A DNA stretch of 64,000 nt from Candidatus Poribacteria bacterium (GCA_963663765.2 CAXXUA010000004.1:1129508-1193507), one strand, 5' to 3'. Positions 20,628-32,062 are shown, counted from the first letter of the stretch. Translations and numbers: made by a program. Notes: generated from the letters alone by a model not told the origin.

Positions 20628-21310
20628 TGGGATTTAGTATGAAACCACATCAGATTCCAAAATTGCTTATACCGAGTTCACGTTAATTTTAATGCATTTT
20701 AAATGGAGAATAAACTGATGATAAATCCCAAAGAACTCGCGAAAACAGGCTTAATTCTGCTTGAAGAACCTGTCCTCGCCATTTTATTTATTGCAATAAG
20801 TAGTTTTGGACTTGCAAAAATCCCTTAAGACTCATCAGGCACACTGGATGTCTCCAAACCCTCTGCATCATGATTCAGTTCGTTCTTAGCAATATGGTGT
20901 GACAATGTTTCTGACAAATAATGGCTTACAAGACTCAGTTCTTCTAAATGCTCACTTTCAGATAAAGCAGGTTTCAAAAGAGCATTACTGTCTTTGTCAA
21001 ATCCATTATCTTCAATACTTTTGCCATAGATTTTCTACTATCCATCATCGCATACTTTCATTGACAAACTTATCAAAAATGCTGTTATTGCTCCTATAGT
21101 TATACTTATAGCACGCCTCTGCCACATACAAGGGAGTGTATTCTGTTTGGTAATGGTGGTGACTACCATACCACGCCCGTTTTAGTAGACCCCAAAACCC
21201 CTCAATCGTGTTTGTATGGACATCTCCATCAACAAATTGCTCCTCGTGATTGATGATGTGATGTTGTAACTCTTTTCCAAGCGTCAGATACGCTTTATAT
21301 TCTTATGTTA

Positions 21311-22324
21311 ACGTGAGTTTGATAATTAAAAACTGGTAAATAGAGAACCCCTTTGTTATTATGAAGTATACCAAATACTTACATAAGGAGTTCTCTGATG
21401 GATATCATAACACTTTTCTGTATAATTGACGATTTTTTTCTTGCGTATCTACAATATCAAGCAAAACACCAGTTGCCAGAAATACCCGGGACAAGCAATA
21501 CCCGTGGCAGACCCAGGTGTCTTCATCCTAGCGAAGTTATGACGATACTTATTTATTTTCATCAACATAAGTGTAAAAACTTCAAAACCTATTATCAAGA
21601 GCATGTCTGTAGCAACCTCCGTTGGGCGTTTCCAAACCTTGTCAGCTATAGTCGGTTTGTGCAGCTTGCACAAGAGGTTTTGATGCCGTTGTCTATTCTT
21701 CTAAACACCCGTTTCGGTGAATGTAATGGGACTTCCTTCATTGACTCAACGCCACTTCCAGTTTGCCATAATCGTCGGATTTCAGCGCATCGTGTCTTCG
21801 CTGATGGGGCAGAACGATCCAAAACCTCTATGGGATGGTTCTACGGGTTCAAACTGCATCTCGTCATCAATGATCAAGGTGAGCTGCTGTCTGTTATGGT
21901 GACACCCGGAAATACGGATGACCGGAAACCTGTGCCACAGTTGACCAAAGGCCTATTTGGCAAACTTTATGCCGATAAAGGATATATCGACAAAAAGTTG
22001 CGGGATAAACTGCGGGAAGAGGGTGTGTCACTCGTTTACAAAGTGCGCAAGAACATGAAACCCGAACCCTTGTCTGATGCTGACGCAGAACTCCTGAAAA
22101 AACGGATGCTCATTGAGTCGGTGAATAAAGAACTCAAAACTCAGACAGAGATCCAACATACACGGCATAGAAGTTATGCTAACTTCCAAGTCAATACAGT
22201 TGCTGCCTTGATCGCTTATACCTATTTGAAGAAAAAACCCTCACTCAAACACAAAGAACTCAAGGAAATTAATTATCCATACCCAATGATATGTAACAAC
22301 TAAAACTATTTATCAAACTCACGT
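21311..22324 (+). mobile_element. IS982-family element, apparently intact
   Basis: 15-bp TIR ACGTGAGTTTGATAA; 7-bp TSD TATGTTA; 1014 bp. Confidence 0.92.
21398..22303 (+). CDS. IS982-family transposase
   Basis: FIDSTPLPVC, GWFYGFKLHLVIN, KLYADKGYI, KRMLIESVN. Confidence 0.95.
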   Translation: MDIITLFCIIDDFFLAYLQYQAKHQLPEIPGTSNTRGRPRCLHPSEVMTILIYFHQHKCKNFKTYYQEHVCSNLRWAFPNLVSYSRFVQLAQEVLMPLSILLNTRFGECNGTSFIDSTPLPVCHNRRISAHRVFADGAERSKTSMGWFYGFKLHLVINDQGELLSVMVTPGNTDDRKPVPQLTKGLFGKLYADKGYIDKKLRDKLREEGVSLVYKVRKNMKPEPLSDADAELLKKRMLIESVNKELKTQTEIQHTRHRSYANFQVNTVAALIAYTYLKKKPSLKHKELKEINYPYPMICNN

Positions 22325-22970
22325 TATGTTATCAACGCGGAGTCTTTCATATCCACAACACTCCGAATAAATTCCAGGATAGCACGTCCAGTCAGTTCTT
22401 TCGCCATCCTTGCTACATACTACCTTGCCACCGCGTTCAACTGCTCCCAGAATGGCAGTTTTTTCCGTGCCACGACCGCGTTTCGCAGGTTCTCTGTCCT
22501 CTTTTTTGTTCGCTTTGCGAGGTTTCCCACCGATATAGGTTTCATCTGCTTCAATGATACCTTGTAGCATCACACTATCCTTTGCCATTACAGAGCGAAT
22601 GCACGTTTCTATACGCCATGCAGTCTTTTGATTCAAGTCTAAATCGCGTGCTAATTGATGACTGGATAGACTCTTCTTTGCATTTACCATTAAGGATATA
22701 GCAAGAAACCATTTTTGTAGAGGGATTTTTGCTCCATGGATCACTGTCTTGCATGTAACCTTGAATGTTGCCGTGCAATCATGATATTGCCAGCGTCAAA
22801 TACGTCCCAATTCCGTTTCTGTCCGTTTCGCAACGTGTGTGCTATCACAATGTGGACACTTAGGCTCTGCGTTCCACCGAATCTTCTCTAAATGCGAAAT
22901 ACATGCTTCTTGATCAGGAAACCGTTCCATTACTTTTAACAATCCATCAGAATACTCCTTGATTAGGAGT

Positions 22971-23090
22971 CAGGGTTATGCAGTTTTCCTAATTTTTGGA
23001 TTATTGATAAAGAAACCCCGCGGTAGGAGCGACCTCCCGGTCGCGATTTTCTCAGACAAAAGCTAAAATACCTAAAACTGAATAACCCTG
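22971..23090. mobile_element. CAGGGTTAT-family MITE (120 bp) carrying one REP
   Basis: TIR CAGGGTTAT..AGTTTT; 9-bp TSD ATTAGGAGT. Confidence 0.88.
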
Positions 23091-23539
23091 ATTAGGAGTT
23101 GCTTTTTCTGACAGATTTCTGATACAATGTTCAGATAAGATTTATCCGCTGAAAAAGCAACTCGCTTTTTCGGTTCTATTGGGGGGCTGACACCCCCTAA
23201 TTTCTTATCTTTATTGTATCATATAAACCCAGTCTTAGCAAGGGTTATTAGTATCTTTTCATATTTATTGAAAGTCCAAAACTACTTACTGCGTTATTTA
23301 TTTAGCAATCGTATTTGACCGCTTCTTAAAGTGAAATGAAGGCACGGGTATCACTGGCGTGGAGACAACTTGATGATGTCATATCCGATTTTCAGATTGA
23401 CTTCAGTTCAAGTAAACTCTTGTCTTTTGTAGCACATAAACCACATAAGAAATATCAGTCTTATACCATTTTTGCAATACTAACGTCTAACATAAACATA
23501 ACCCTTAGGATCATATATACACAATAGAACGGAAAACAG

Positions 23540-26473
23540 ATGCAAAACCCTGACCCAGCATTAGAACAACTTCTCTCCAATACACTTGACGGAGAAGTCC
23601 GTTTTGACGCATATTCAAAAGCACTATACAGCACAGATGCAAGCCTATACCAAATAGAACCCATCGGTGTCGTTGTTCCCAAGCACAAACAAGATGTCAT
23701 CAACACAATCCAGATCGCTGCTGAACACAAAATCCCTATACTGCCTCGCGGTGGTGGCACAAGTCTCGCCGGACAGTGTGTCGGCAGTGCAATTGTCATA
23801 GACATGTCCAAATACATGAATCAGTTGATTGAAGTAAACGCTGCTGAACACTGGGCGCGCGTTGAACCGGGAATCGTTTTGGACGAATTAAACCATCAAC
23901 TCAAACCTCACGGACTCATGTATGCACCAGATGTCGCAACAAGTAGCCGTGCAAACGTCGGTGGCACTATCGGCAATAACTCCGCGGGTTCTCACTCACT
24001 TATCTACGGTAAAACGATTGACCATGTGATGTCGTTAGACCTCGTTCTTGCAAATGGCGAGGAGATAACAGCAGCCCCCCTATCATTTCCTGAAGTCGCA
24101 TCCAAAAAAGAGGGCGATTCATTAGAAGCACAAATCTATAGCGAACTTTGCCGAATATGTGATGAAAACGCTGAGGAAATCCGTGAACGCTATCCCAGAA
24201 TTCTACGTAGAGTCGCGGGGTATAATCTGGATGAATATGTAACAGATGCTGGCTCAAAAGAGGTTACACCCTACCGCAGAGATGGATGCGATGCACATCG
24301 TCCATTCAGTCTCGCGAAAATTGTCGTCGGATCCGAAGGCACACTCGCATCAATCGTTGAGGCAAAGGTAAATCTCGTTCCGGTTCCAAAAATGACCTGC
24401 TTATGTGTTGTTCATTTCAAGACACTCATCGCTGCTATGGAGGCAATGCAACCCATCTTAGACTGCAATCCAACCGCAGTTGAACTCATCGACAAATCAA
24501 TTCTGGGAATGGCACAAGGATCTTTGGAATTCTCCAGATTAACAAGCTTTATTCAAGGCGAACCGGAAGCACTACTCGCAGTTGAATTTTACGGTGAAAC
24601 TGATACTGAACTACACGAACAGATAGACCACCTTGAAAAAACCTTGAAAAACTCCGGATTTGGATATGCTTATGTCAGATGCTTTTCTGCTGAAGAAAAA
24701 GCACGTGTCTGGGAAACACGAAAAGCAGGACTCGGCTTACTCATGGGAATGAAAGGCGATGCAAAACCGATCGGCTTTGTGGAAGATGCTGCTGTCCCTA
24801 TTAAAAACTTACCCGAATACGTCCGCAGATTCGATGAAATCGTCACACGACATGACACAACCGCCTCTTACTACGCACACGCAAGCGTCGGATTGCTACA
24901 CAACAGACCCGTAATCAATCTCAAATCCGAATCAGATATCCAAAAAATGCATAGCATCGCACGCGAAGTAAAAGACCTACTCTTAGACCTAAACGGCGCA
25001 ATGAGTGGGGAACATGGAGACGGACTCGTCCGAAGTGAATGGATTGAAAGCATGTTCGGACCTAAGATCTATCAAGCACTCCGTGAAGTCAAAAACGCAT
25101 TTGACCCTGATCGGATTATGAACCCTGGCAAAATCATTGATCCACCCCCAATGACAGAAAACCTACGTTTCGGCGCAAAATACAATACAATCAAAATTGA
25201 TACATACTTTGATTTCTCATCACAAGATGGCTTTGGAAGATCCATTGAGATGTGCAACGGAGTCGGTGCCTGCCGTAAAACATTGACAGGTACCATGTGT
25301 CCCTCCTTCATCGCAACACGCGAAGAAGAACACTCAACACGCGGACGCGCAAACGCACTACGGTTGGTAATCTCCGGTGAATTACCTCACGCTGACTTAA
25401 CAAGTCAACGCCTATATGATGTCCTTGACTTGTGCCTCGGCTGCAAAGCATGCAAAGCAGAATGTCCCTCCAATGTTGACATGGCGAAAATAAAATACGA
25501 AGTACTTGCACATTACCGAAAAGCAAACGGACTCCCGCTACGCAATAGACTTTTTGGTGAAATCGGTTCTCTTGCTGTTCTTGGTTCAACTTTCGCACCA
25601 ATCTCAAATTGGGCAACAAATAACCCGTTTTCCAAGTGGATGGCAGAAAAACTGATGGGGATCGATCAACGCAGGGAGATGCCGACCTTTGTACATCAAA
25701 CCTTTGAAAAATGGTTCAGAAAACGAAAATCAACGCTCACTTCCGATAAAAAAGTAGTACTGTTTCACGACACCTTTTTGAACTATAGCGAACCAAATAT
25801 CGGCAAAGCAGCCATACACGTCTTAGAATCCGCTGGTTATGAAGTCATCTTACCAAAGAAAAAATGCTGTGGAAGACCGCTTATCTCGGAAGGCATGCTT
25901 GATAGAGCAATAGAAAACGCCAACCATAATATTGAACAACTCCACACTTATGTTGAAGCAGGAATACCAATCGTAGGATGTGAACCAAGTTGTACCTCCG
26001 CTTTGACAGACGATTATGTTGATCTTATTGGAACAGCAAAAGCAAAACGCGTTGCTGAGTCTACTTATGCACTTGAGGAATTTCTACTTCAAGAGCATCA
26101 AAAAGGTGAACTCAAACTCACTTTTGAAACAGAACCACGTGATATTCTATTGCACGGACACTGTCATCAGCGTGCACTCTCTGGCATCAACCCAGTGTTG
26201 AACATGCTGGAATTACCAAACACACATAACGTCACAGTCATAGATTCCAGTTGCTGTGGTATGGCGGGTTCATTCGGTTACGAAAAATCACATTACGATA
26301 TCTCAATGAAGATCGGTGAACTACGACTCTTCCCACACATCCGCGAAAATACTGATAAATATACACTCACAGCGTCAGGTTTTTCCTGCAGACATCAAAT
26401 GGAACACGGAACTGGAATCTTACCAAAACACCCTATTGAAGTGCTAAGTGAAGCACTCCAAACAAATACTTAA
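23540..26473 (+). CDS. FAD-binding and 4Fe-4S oxidoreductase (GlcD/GlcF fusion, YdiJ-like)
   Basis: PRGGGTSLAGQ, GSEGTL, SGEHGDG, CNGVGAC, CLGCKACKAECP, CCG motifs. Confidence 0.93.
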   Translation: MQNPDPALEQLLSNTLDGEVRFDAYSKALYSTDASLYQIEPIGVVVPKHKQDVINTIQIAAEHKIPILPRGGGTSLAGQCVGSAIVIDMSKYMNQLIEVNAAEHWARVEPGIVLDELNHQLKPHGLMYAPDVATSSRANVGGTIGNNSAGSHSLIYGKTIDHVMSLDLVLANGEEITAAPLSFPEVASKKEGDSLEAQIYSELCRICDENAEEIRERYPRILRRVAGYNLDEYVTDAGSKEVTPYRRDGCDAHRPFSLAKIVVGSEGTLASIVEAKVNLVPVPKMTCLCVVHFKTLIAAMEAMQPILDCNPTAVELIDKSILGMAQGSLEFSRLTSFIQGEPEALLAVEFYGETDTELHEQIDHLEKTLKNSGFGYAYVRCFSAEEKARVWETRKAGLGLLMGMKGDAKPIGFVEDAAVPIKNLPEYVRRFDEIVTRHDTTASYYAHASVGLLHNRPVINLKSESDIQKMHSIAREVKDLLLDLNGAMSGEHGDGLVRSEWIESMFGPKIYQALREVKNAFDPDRIMNPGKIIDPPPMTENLRFGAKYNTIKIDTYFDFSSQDGFGRSIEMCNGVGACRKTLTGTMCPSFIATREEEHSTRGRANALRLVISGELPHADLTSQRLYDVLDLCLGCKACKAECPSNVDMAKIKYEVLAHYRKANGLPLRNRLFGEIGSLAVLGSTFAPISNWATNNPFSKWMAEKLMGIDQRREMPTFVHQTFEKWFRKRKSTLTSDKKVVLFHDTFLNYSEPNIGKAAIHVLESAGYEVILPKKKCCGRPLISEGMLDRAIENANHNIEQLHTYVEAGIPIVGCEPSCTSALTDDYVDLIGTAKAKRVAESTYALEEFLLQEHQKGELKLTFETEPRDILLHGHCHQRALSGINPVLNMLELPNTHNVTVIDSSCCGMAGSFGYEKSHYDISMKIGELRLFPHIRENTDKYTLTASGFSCRHQMEHGTGILPKHPIEVLSEALQTNT

Positions 26474-26512
26474 ATTTAAGGAATTAATAGAACGCTATAC
26501 GCAGGATAAAAA

Positions 26513-27943
26513 ATGCAAAAAATATTTGAAAAACTCAATGATTTCAAAACAGTTGATCTGCCTGAAAAGCAGCTGCCTTTTTGGAAAATAGCTGGACCCG
26601 GTGCTATTTTAGTCGGACTCTCTATCGGAGCAGGTGAAATTGTAATTTGGCCCCTAATCGCTGCTGAATACGGTGGAAGCATGGTCTGGGCAGCTGTCCT
26701 CGGCGTTTTTCTACAACTCTGGATCAACTTTGAAGTCGGTAGATGGACAATAGCAACTGGTGAAACAGTATACACAGGTTACAGTCGTATATGGCGAGGA
26801 TTCGCACCGCTCTTTATCTTACTCACTATTATTGGGTGGATCGCACCAGGTTGGGCACGCGCATCAGGACTCGCACTCAAGGCACTCCTAATCGGACCTG
26901 GCGGTTGGGGTTCAGATACCTTCTGGACAGTTGTTACATTCGCAGCTGTTGCATTAATCCTTTTCGGTCCCAAAATGGTCTACAACTCTGTAGAAAGATC
27001 AGTTGAACTGCTGGTCGCAATTGTTACAATTGGATTGATCATAGTCGTTATCGCCGTAGGTTCGCTTGATACATGGAAAGAATTGGGGGCTGGAATAATA
27101 AACGTCGGGCATGTAGCAGAAGGAATGAATATCAAGAGACTTTTTATTGCAGTGGTCTTCGCTGGCGCAGGAGGAACAGCAAACCTATTCTATACCTTCT
27201 ATCTTCGAGACAAAGATATCGGTATGGGCGCACGGTTACCATCACTACGAAACCCACTACGCGGACGAGACGAAACTATACCTTCAACAGGATACCTATT
27301 TGAAGAAACACCTGAAAACCAGAAACGATTCGCTGCATGGTGGAAATACATAAAGCAGGACCAAATGCTATTCTTTTGGGCACTCAATACTGTCACTATG
27401 CTACTCTTCATTTTTGGTGCGCTGGCAGTCTTACACCCACAAGGTATCGTGCCACAACAAGGGCAACTTATCTATGACGAAGCAAACATACTAAAAGGTA
27501 TCTGGGGAATGCCAGGACAATATATCTTTTTACTCGTCGGTGTGGCAACGCTTTTTGGTACACAACTCGCACTCGTAGATGGAGTCGGAAGATCAATATC
27601 CGACATTATTTATACAAACTTTAAAGGCGCAAAAAAACGCACCCTAAGCTGGTGGTATCTGCTTGTAGTAGGTATTTGGATCGTCGCTGGATGTGTCATT
27701 ACTTATGTAATGGAACAACTGAACGTAAGCGAACTCGGTTTCCTTTTCAGCGCAGCATATATGGGCGGATTTGCTATGGCTATTTATGTCCCACTTACAT
27801 TATATATGAATAGACGTTTCTTACCCAGTTTTGCCAAACCCAAAAAAATATCAACGACAATGATGTTGATCGCATCTGCTGTATATATCGGTTTTGCTAT
27901 CGCAAGTATTATATGGGAAATTAACCGACTAATCGGAGGATAA
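26513..27943 (+). CDS. Nramp-related/APC-superfamily membrane transporter
   Basis: GPGAILVGLSIGAGE..WP, EVGRWTIATGET; ~11 TM segments. Confidence 0.8.
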   Translation: MQKIFEKLNDFKTVDLPEKQLPFWKIAGPGAILVGLSIGAGEIVIWPLIAAEYGGSMVWAAVLGVFLQLWINFEVGRWTIATGETVYTGYSRIWRGFAPLFILLTIIGWIAPGWARASGLALKALLIGPGGWGSDTFWTVVTFAAVALILFGPKMVYNSVERSVELLVAIVTIGLIIVVIAVGSLDTWKELGAGIINVGHVAEGMNIKRLFIAVVFAGAGGTANLFYTFYLRDKDIGMGARLPSLRNPLRGRDETIPSTGYLFEETPENQKRFAAWWKYIKQDQMLFFWALNTVTMLLFIFGALAVLHPQGIVPQQGQLIYDEANILKGIWGMPGQYIFLLVGVATLFGTQLALVDGVGRSISDIIYTNFKGAKKRTLSWWYLLVVGIWIVAGCVITYVMEQLNVSELGFLFSAAYMGGFAMAIYVPLTLYMNRRFLPSFAKPKKISTTMMLIASAVYIGFAIASIIWEINRLIGG

Positions 27944-27944
27944 A

Positions 27945-28766
27945 ATGGATAAGAATGCACAAATTGACTTTTTTCAGAAGGAAGGCTATCTCGTTGTTGA
28001 AAATCTATTGTCACCTGAAGATCTTAAAAAATGTCAAGAAGAGATTCAACTACTACATCAGTTTGCTGCAGGTCAGGAAACGGATGAAGAAAAGGAACGT
28101 GCTGATATCGCTCGCAGACACGTACAACGTGAACCTTTCGCAAAAGACGAAACGCAAGGGGACAAGCTGCCTGTACTGCGAAAAGCAGAAAATACACGCC
28201 AATACTCAGATGTGTTCAAGAACTTGGCACAACAACCAAACCTAATCGCAGTCCTCCAAAACCTTATTGGAGAAGACCTACTCCTATTTAGAAGCACGCT
28301 CATGTTCAAACCCGCTTTCCACGGTTCATCACACGGACTACACCAGGATTCAGCGTATTGGCCAATGGAACCACCAAGATTGGTAACGGTAAGTATCGCG
28401 CTAAACGATGCAACACCAGATAACGGTTGTTTCAAAGTCGTTCCACGCAGTCATTTATGGGGTGTACAAGAATGGGGGGCAATCGCACGAAAACAAGATG
28501 CTGAACTCACCGAACATGATGAAGCCGCAAAACAACAAATAGATGTCCCACTTACCGCAGGCAGCGCACTGTTCTTCCATAGCCTCATGGTACACGGTTC
28601 CGGTCCAAACGCTTCACCCCGACCAAGAAATACAGCACTATACGCATATTTCTCACCAGAAGTCAGATATGTTACCAAAGACGGTAAAGGAGAGCGCTCA
28701 TTCCCTGTCGTAGCAGGACTCGACGGAAAAACTGAACTCACTTTTGAAGCACAAAAAGCATCGTAG
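27945..28766 (+). CDS. Phytanoyl-CoA dioxygenase (PhyH) family 2OG-Fe(II) oxygenase
   Basis: LHQDSAYW (HxD), DNGCFKVVPRSH, HSLMVHGSGPN..R. Confidence 0.92.
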   Translation: MDKNAQIDFFQKEGYLVVENLLSPEDLKKCQEEIQLLHQFAAGQETDEEKERADIARRHVQREPFAKDETQGDKLPVLRKAENTRQYSDVFKNLAQQPNLIAVLQNLIGEDLLLFRSTLMFKPAFHGSSHGLHQDSAYWPMEPPRLVTVSIALNDATPDNGCFKVVPRSHLWGVQEWGAIARKQDAELTEHDEAAKQQIDVPLTAGSALFFHSLMVHGSGPNASPRPRNTALYAYFSPEVRYVTKDGKGERSFPVVAGLDGKTELTFEAQKAS

Positions 28767-28997
28767 ATATACAATTACAAAAAATGGATGTGTACATCCA
28801 ATGCACACATCCATTCAATTCTACCGAAACTTAACAACCTCGTCAACGCTCAAAATCTATGATACCAGAGGCATTCAATTGTCACTATTCATCTTTGTGG
28901 GAGGGGTTTGTAACCCCGATTACTTGAGTAGAATCGGCTCCCGAGTCGCGAAAATCACCAAAATATTAGGAAAAATTCGCCAATTGAATGCATCTGT

Positions 28998-29747
28998 CTA
29001 TGATACAACAGTATTACGCAGAACACCAACACCCTCAATCTCAACTTCAACAACATCACCAGACTTCAAGGCAGTTGTCGTTCCCGGTGTCCCTGTAAAT
29101 ACAGCATCACCAGGTTCCAAAGTGATCGCTTGTGAGATGAAACTAACAATCACAGGCACAGGAAAAATAAGATCCCCAGTCGTCTGAGACTGCACTACAT
29201 CACCATTGATACGTGTCTCTAATTGCAGATCATTAAAATCAACATCGGTAGCAATCACCGGACCGATAGGTCCAAACGTATCAGATGCTTTCGCACGCCA
29301 CCACTGTAAATCATTTTTTTGCCATGTCCGCGCACTCACGTCATTACCACAAGTAACACCTAAAATATTTTTTTCTGCTTCATCGGGAGTTGCTTTCTGC
29401 GTGCGTTCCCTAATTATCACAACCAATTCACCTTCTGCATGCACATCAGAATCACCTTCTGGCAGCACAATATCACCTTCAGGATCATTGATACACGATG
29501 GCGTCTTGATAAAGATTTCTGGATTTTTCGGTTCAGACGCATCTCCTAAATGACTCCGATAATTCAAACCAACCGCTAATACCTTAGACGGCATCGTCGG
29601 TGCAAGCAACTTTACATCCTCTAAAGCAACAGTATCTCCAGTCTCATTAAAATCAGTAAACGGACATGCATCTAACACACTTAAACGACTTCCTGAAACA
29701 ATACCATAACCAATTTTTCCATTCAATTCGTATCGGGCTAATTTCAT
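28998..29747 (-). CDS. Fumarylacetoacetate hydrolase family protein
   Basis: AVGLNYRSH, EGELVVII, GNDVSAR, KASDTFGPIGP, LEPGDAVFTGTP; start at MKLARY after GGAGG. Confidence 0.92.
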   Translation of the reverse strand: MKLARYELNGKIGYGIVSGSRLSVLDACPFTDFNETGDTVALEDVKLLAPTMPSKVLAVGLNYRSHLGDASEPKNPEIFIKTPSCINDPEGDIVLPEGDSDVHAEGELVVIIRERTQKATPDEAEKNILGVTCGNDVSARTWQKNDLQWWRAKASDTFGPIGPVIATDVDFNDLQLETRINGDVVQSQTTGDLIFPVPVIVSFISQAITLEPGDAVFTGTPGTTTALKSGDVVEVEIEGVGVLRNTVVS

Positions 29748-30134
29748 AATAATTCCTCCAACATAATTGTTGCACGTATACACCATTTTGTCAATCATTT
29801 TACAACAGAACTTACGTAAAAAACGGTAGACGGGGAATGCCTAAAGAAGCATGCGCGTATGGCATGCTCCATGATTCATACCGTTGATTTGGTGCTTTGT
29901 AAGCGCGCTGGATGTACAAATAATGTTGAAAATTACATCATTTTCATCACAATTCTTGATTAAATCATGAAAACTGCGTAAGTCCTGTTTAAGAAAAAAT
30001 GTTGGTGGTTTCTCTTGTGGGAGGGGTTTGTAACCCCGATTATTCAGTATGAGCGACCAGTGGAATACCAAATGGCATTCATACCCGGGGAATGCCTACC
30101 ATCGGGTGAGCTCTTACAAAGCACACCAAATGAG

Positions 30135-30869
30135 CAGGGTTATTTAGTTTTAAGAGTTTTCTGTTATTGAGATTTACTGAAAGTTAATATCCAGTTTCGG
30201 TTTCCTAACCGAACTTTATGCATCAGTTTTAGATTATTGAAACATGAACATCGCTCTTTAGTCCCGTAGGGACGATATGTTTATAGAAAACGAATACCCT
30301 CCACAGTTCTTTAGTCCCGTAGGGACGATATGTTTATTCTTCTATGTCGTTCCTACGGAACTCAAGTGGGGTGGAAAACATTTTCTATAAACATATCGTC
30401 CCTAATGAAGATTAAAAAATACTTTGGGTAATTCTTCTAATCCGGCTACGGTAGGCGGGGAATGCCTAAATGGCATTCATACCGTTGATTTGGTGCTTTG
30501 TAAGCGCACCCCAACCGCAGGCGGGGAATGCCTAAATGGCATTCATACCGTTGATTTGGTGCTTTGTCCGCGCAACCCCCAACTACCCCCTAACTGCAGG
30601 CGTGCTTTGTCCGCGCAACCCCCAACTGCCCCCTCACCTGCAGGCGTGCTTTCTCCGTGCACCCCGATTGTAGGCGTGATTTGTCCGCGCGCTGGCACAT
30701 CAAGTCCCAAGAGCGCGCTTACAAAGCACGCCTACAATCTGAAAAATATTTATTACCCGATTAATAAATTAATCTTCATACGGGACTTAAGAACTAGACA
30801 AGATGGTATCCCATAAAATTAACGACATAGCAAAATAATAACAAAAATATTGAAAACTAAATAACCCTG
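30135..30869. mobile_element. CAGGGTTAT-family MITE (735 bp) with several REP types inside
   Basis: TIRs plus 9-bp TSD CCAAATGAG; the empty site is preserved upstream of the paralog at ~33510. Confidence 0.88.
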
Positions 30870-30946
30870 CCAAATGAGACAAAAGATTGACATGTGTTCG
30901 TTTATGATATAATATGTCCAAATATTACATACAAAAGGAGTTTATT

Positions 30947-32062
30947 ATGAAAAGAAGTTTAGTGATACTCAGCATTTTCCTCGCCATGATGCTCGTTGCG
31001 TGCGGTGGTGATGAGACCACCGCACCTGTAGAAGACGACCAAATGGTGATGGATGACGACCAAATGGTGATGGATGACGACCAAATGGTGATGGATGACG
31101 ATAAAATGGTGATGGATGACGATAAAATGGATAACGACACACAAACACCCGTAGACCCACCACCAGAACCTGAAAGAACCTATTATGAAGGCACACTTGT
31201 TGGGCATACGGATCGGGTCTTGAGCGTAGCGTTCAGTCCGGATGGCAACACAATCGCAAGTGGCAGTGTTGACCACTCCATCCGATTGTGGGACACAAGC
31301 GATGGCAGACAGATACGTATACTATCAGGGCATACGGATTTTGTCAGAAACGTAGCGTTCAGTCCGGATGGTAGCACAATCGCAAGTGGCAGTCAGGATA
31401 ATACCATCCGTTTGTGGAACACAAGCGATGGCACACATATCCGCACACTCACAGGGCATACGTTTTGGGTCACCAGCGTAGCGTTCAGTCCGGATGGTAG
31501 CACAATCACAAGTGGTAGTCATGACGATACCATCCGTTTGTGGAACACAAGTGATGGCACACATATCCGCACCCTCACAGGGCATACGGATGGGGTCTAC
31601 AGCGTAGCGTTCAGTCCTGATGGTAGCACAATCGCAAGTGGTAGTGCGGACGATACCATCCGTTTGTGGAACGCAAATGATGGCACCCATATCCGCACAC
31701 TCTCAGGGCATACGAATTATGTCTGGAACGTAGCGTTCAGTCCGGATGGTAGCACAATCGCAAGTGGTAGTTGGGACAGAACCATCCGTTTGTGGAACCC
31801 AAGTGATGGCACCCATATCCGCACCCTCACAGGACATGCGAATCGGGTCATCAGCGTACCGTTTAGTCCTGATGGTAGCACACTCGCAAGTGGCAGTTTT
31901 GACCACTCCATCCGATTGTGGAACGCAAGTGATGGCACGCACATCCGCAGGCTCACAGGGCATACGGATTTTGTCCAGGGTGTCGCCTTCAGTCCGGATG
32001 GTAATGCCCTCGCCAGTGGAAGTTCGGACAACACCTTGCGCATGTGGGATGTTAGTGAGTGA
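30947..32062 (+). CDS. WD40-repeat lipoprotein 1 (7 blades)
   Basis: Lipobox LVA-C; expanded (DDDQMVM)n linker; 7 x [23 protein letters not shown]; AAGGAG RBS. Confidence 0.93.
   Translation: MKRSLVILSIFLAMMLVACGGDETTAPVEDDQMVMDDDQMVMDDDQMVMDDDKMVMDDDKMDNDTQTPVDPPPEPERTYYEGTLVGHTDRVLSVAFSPDGNTIASGSVDHSIRLWDTSDGRQIRILSGHTDFVRNVAFSPDGSTIASGSQDNTIRLWNTSDGTHIRTLTGHTFWVTSVAFSPDGSTITSGSHDDTIRLWNTSDGTHIRTLTGHTDGVYSVAFSPDGSTIASGSADDTIRLWNANDGTHIRTLSGHTNYVWNVAFSPDGSTIASGSWDRTIRLWNPSDGTHIRTLTGHANRVISVPFSPDGSTLASGSFDHSIRLWNASDGTHIRRLTGHTDFVQGVAFSPDGNALASGSSDNTLRMWDVSE

Larger units (their letters stand above)
21045..22947 (-). pseudogene. IS1595 transposase, disrupted by frameshifts, stops and an IS982 insertion
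   Basis: CPHC zinc ribbon, KIPLQKWFLAI, IEADETYIGGKP on one side of IS982; VHTNTIEGFWGLLKRAWYGSHH on the other. Confidence 0.88.
20792..23293 (-). mobile_element. IS1595-family element (defective) hosting nested insertions
   Basis: TIR GCA(A/G)TAAGTAGTTTTGGACTT at both ends; 8-bp TSD TTATTTAT. Confidence 0.88.
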
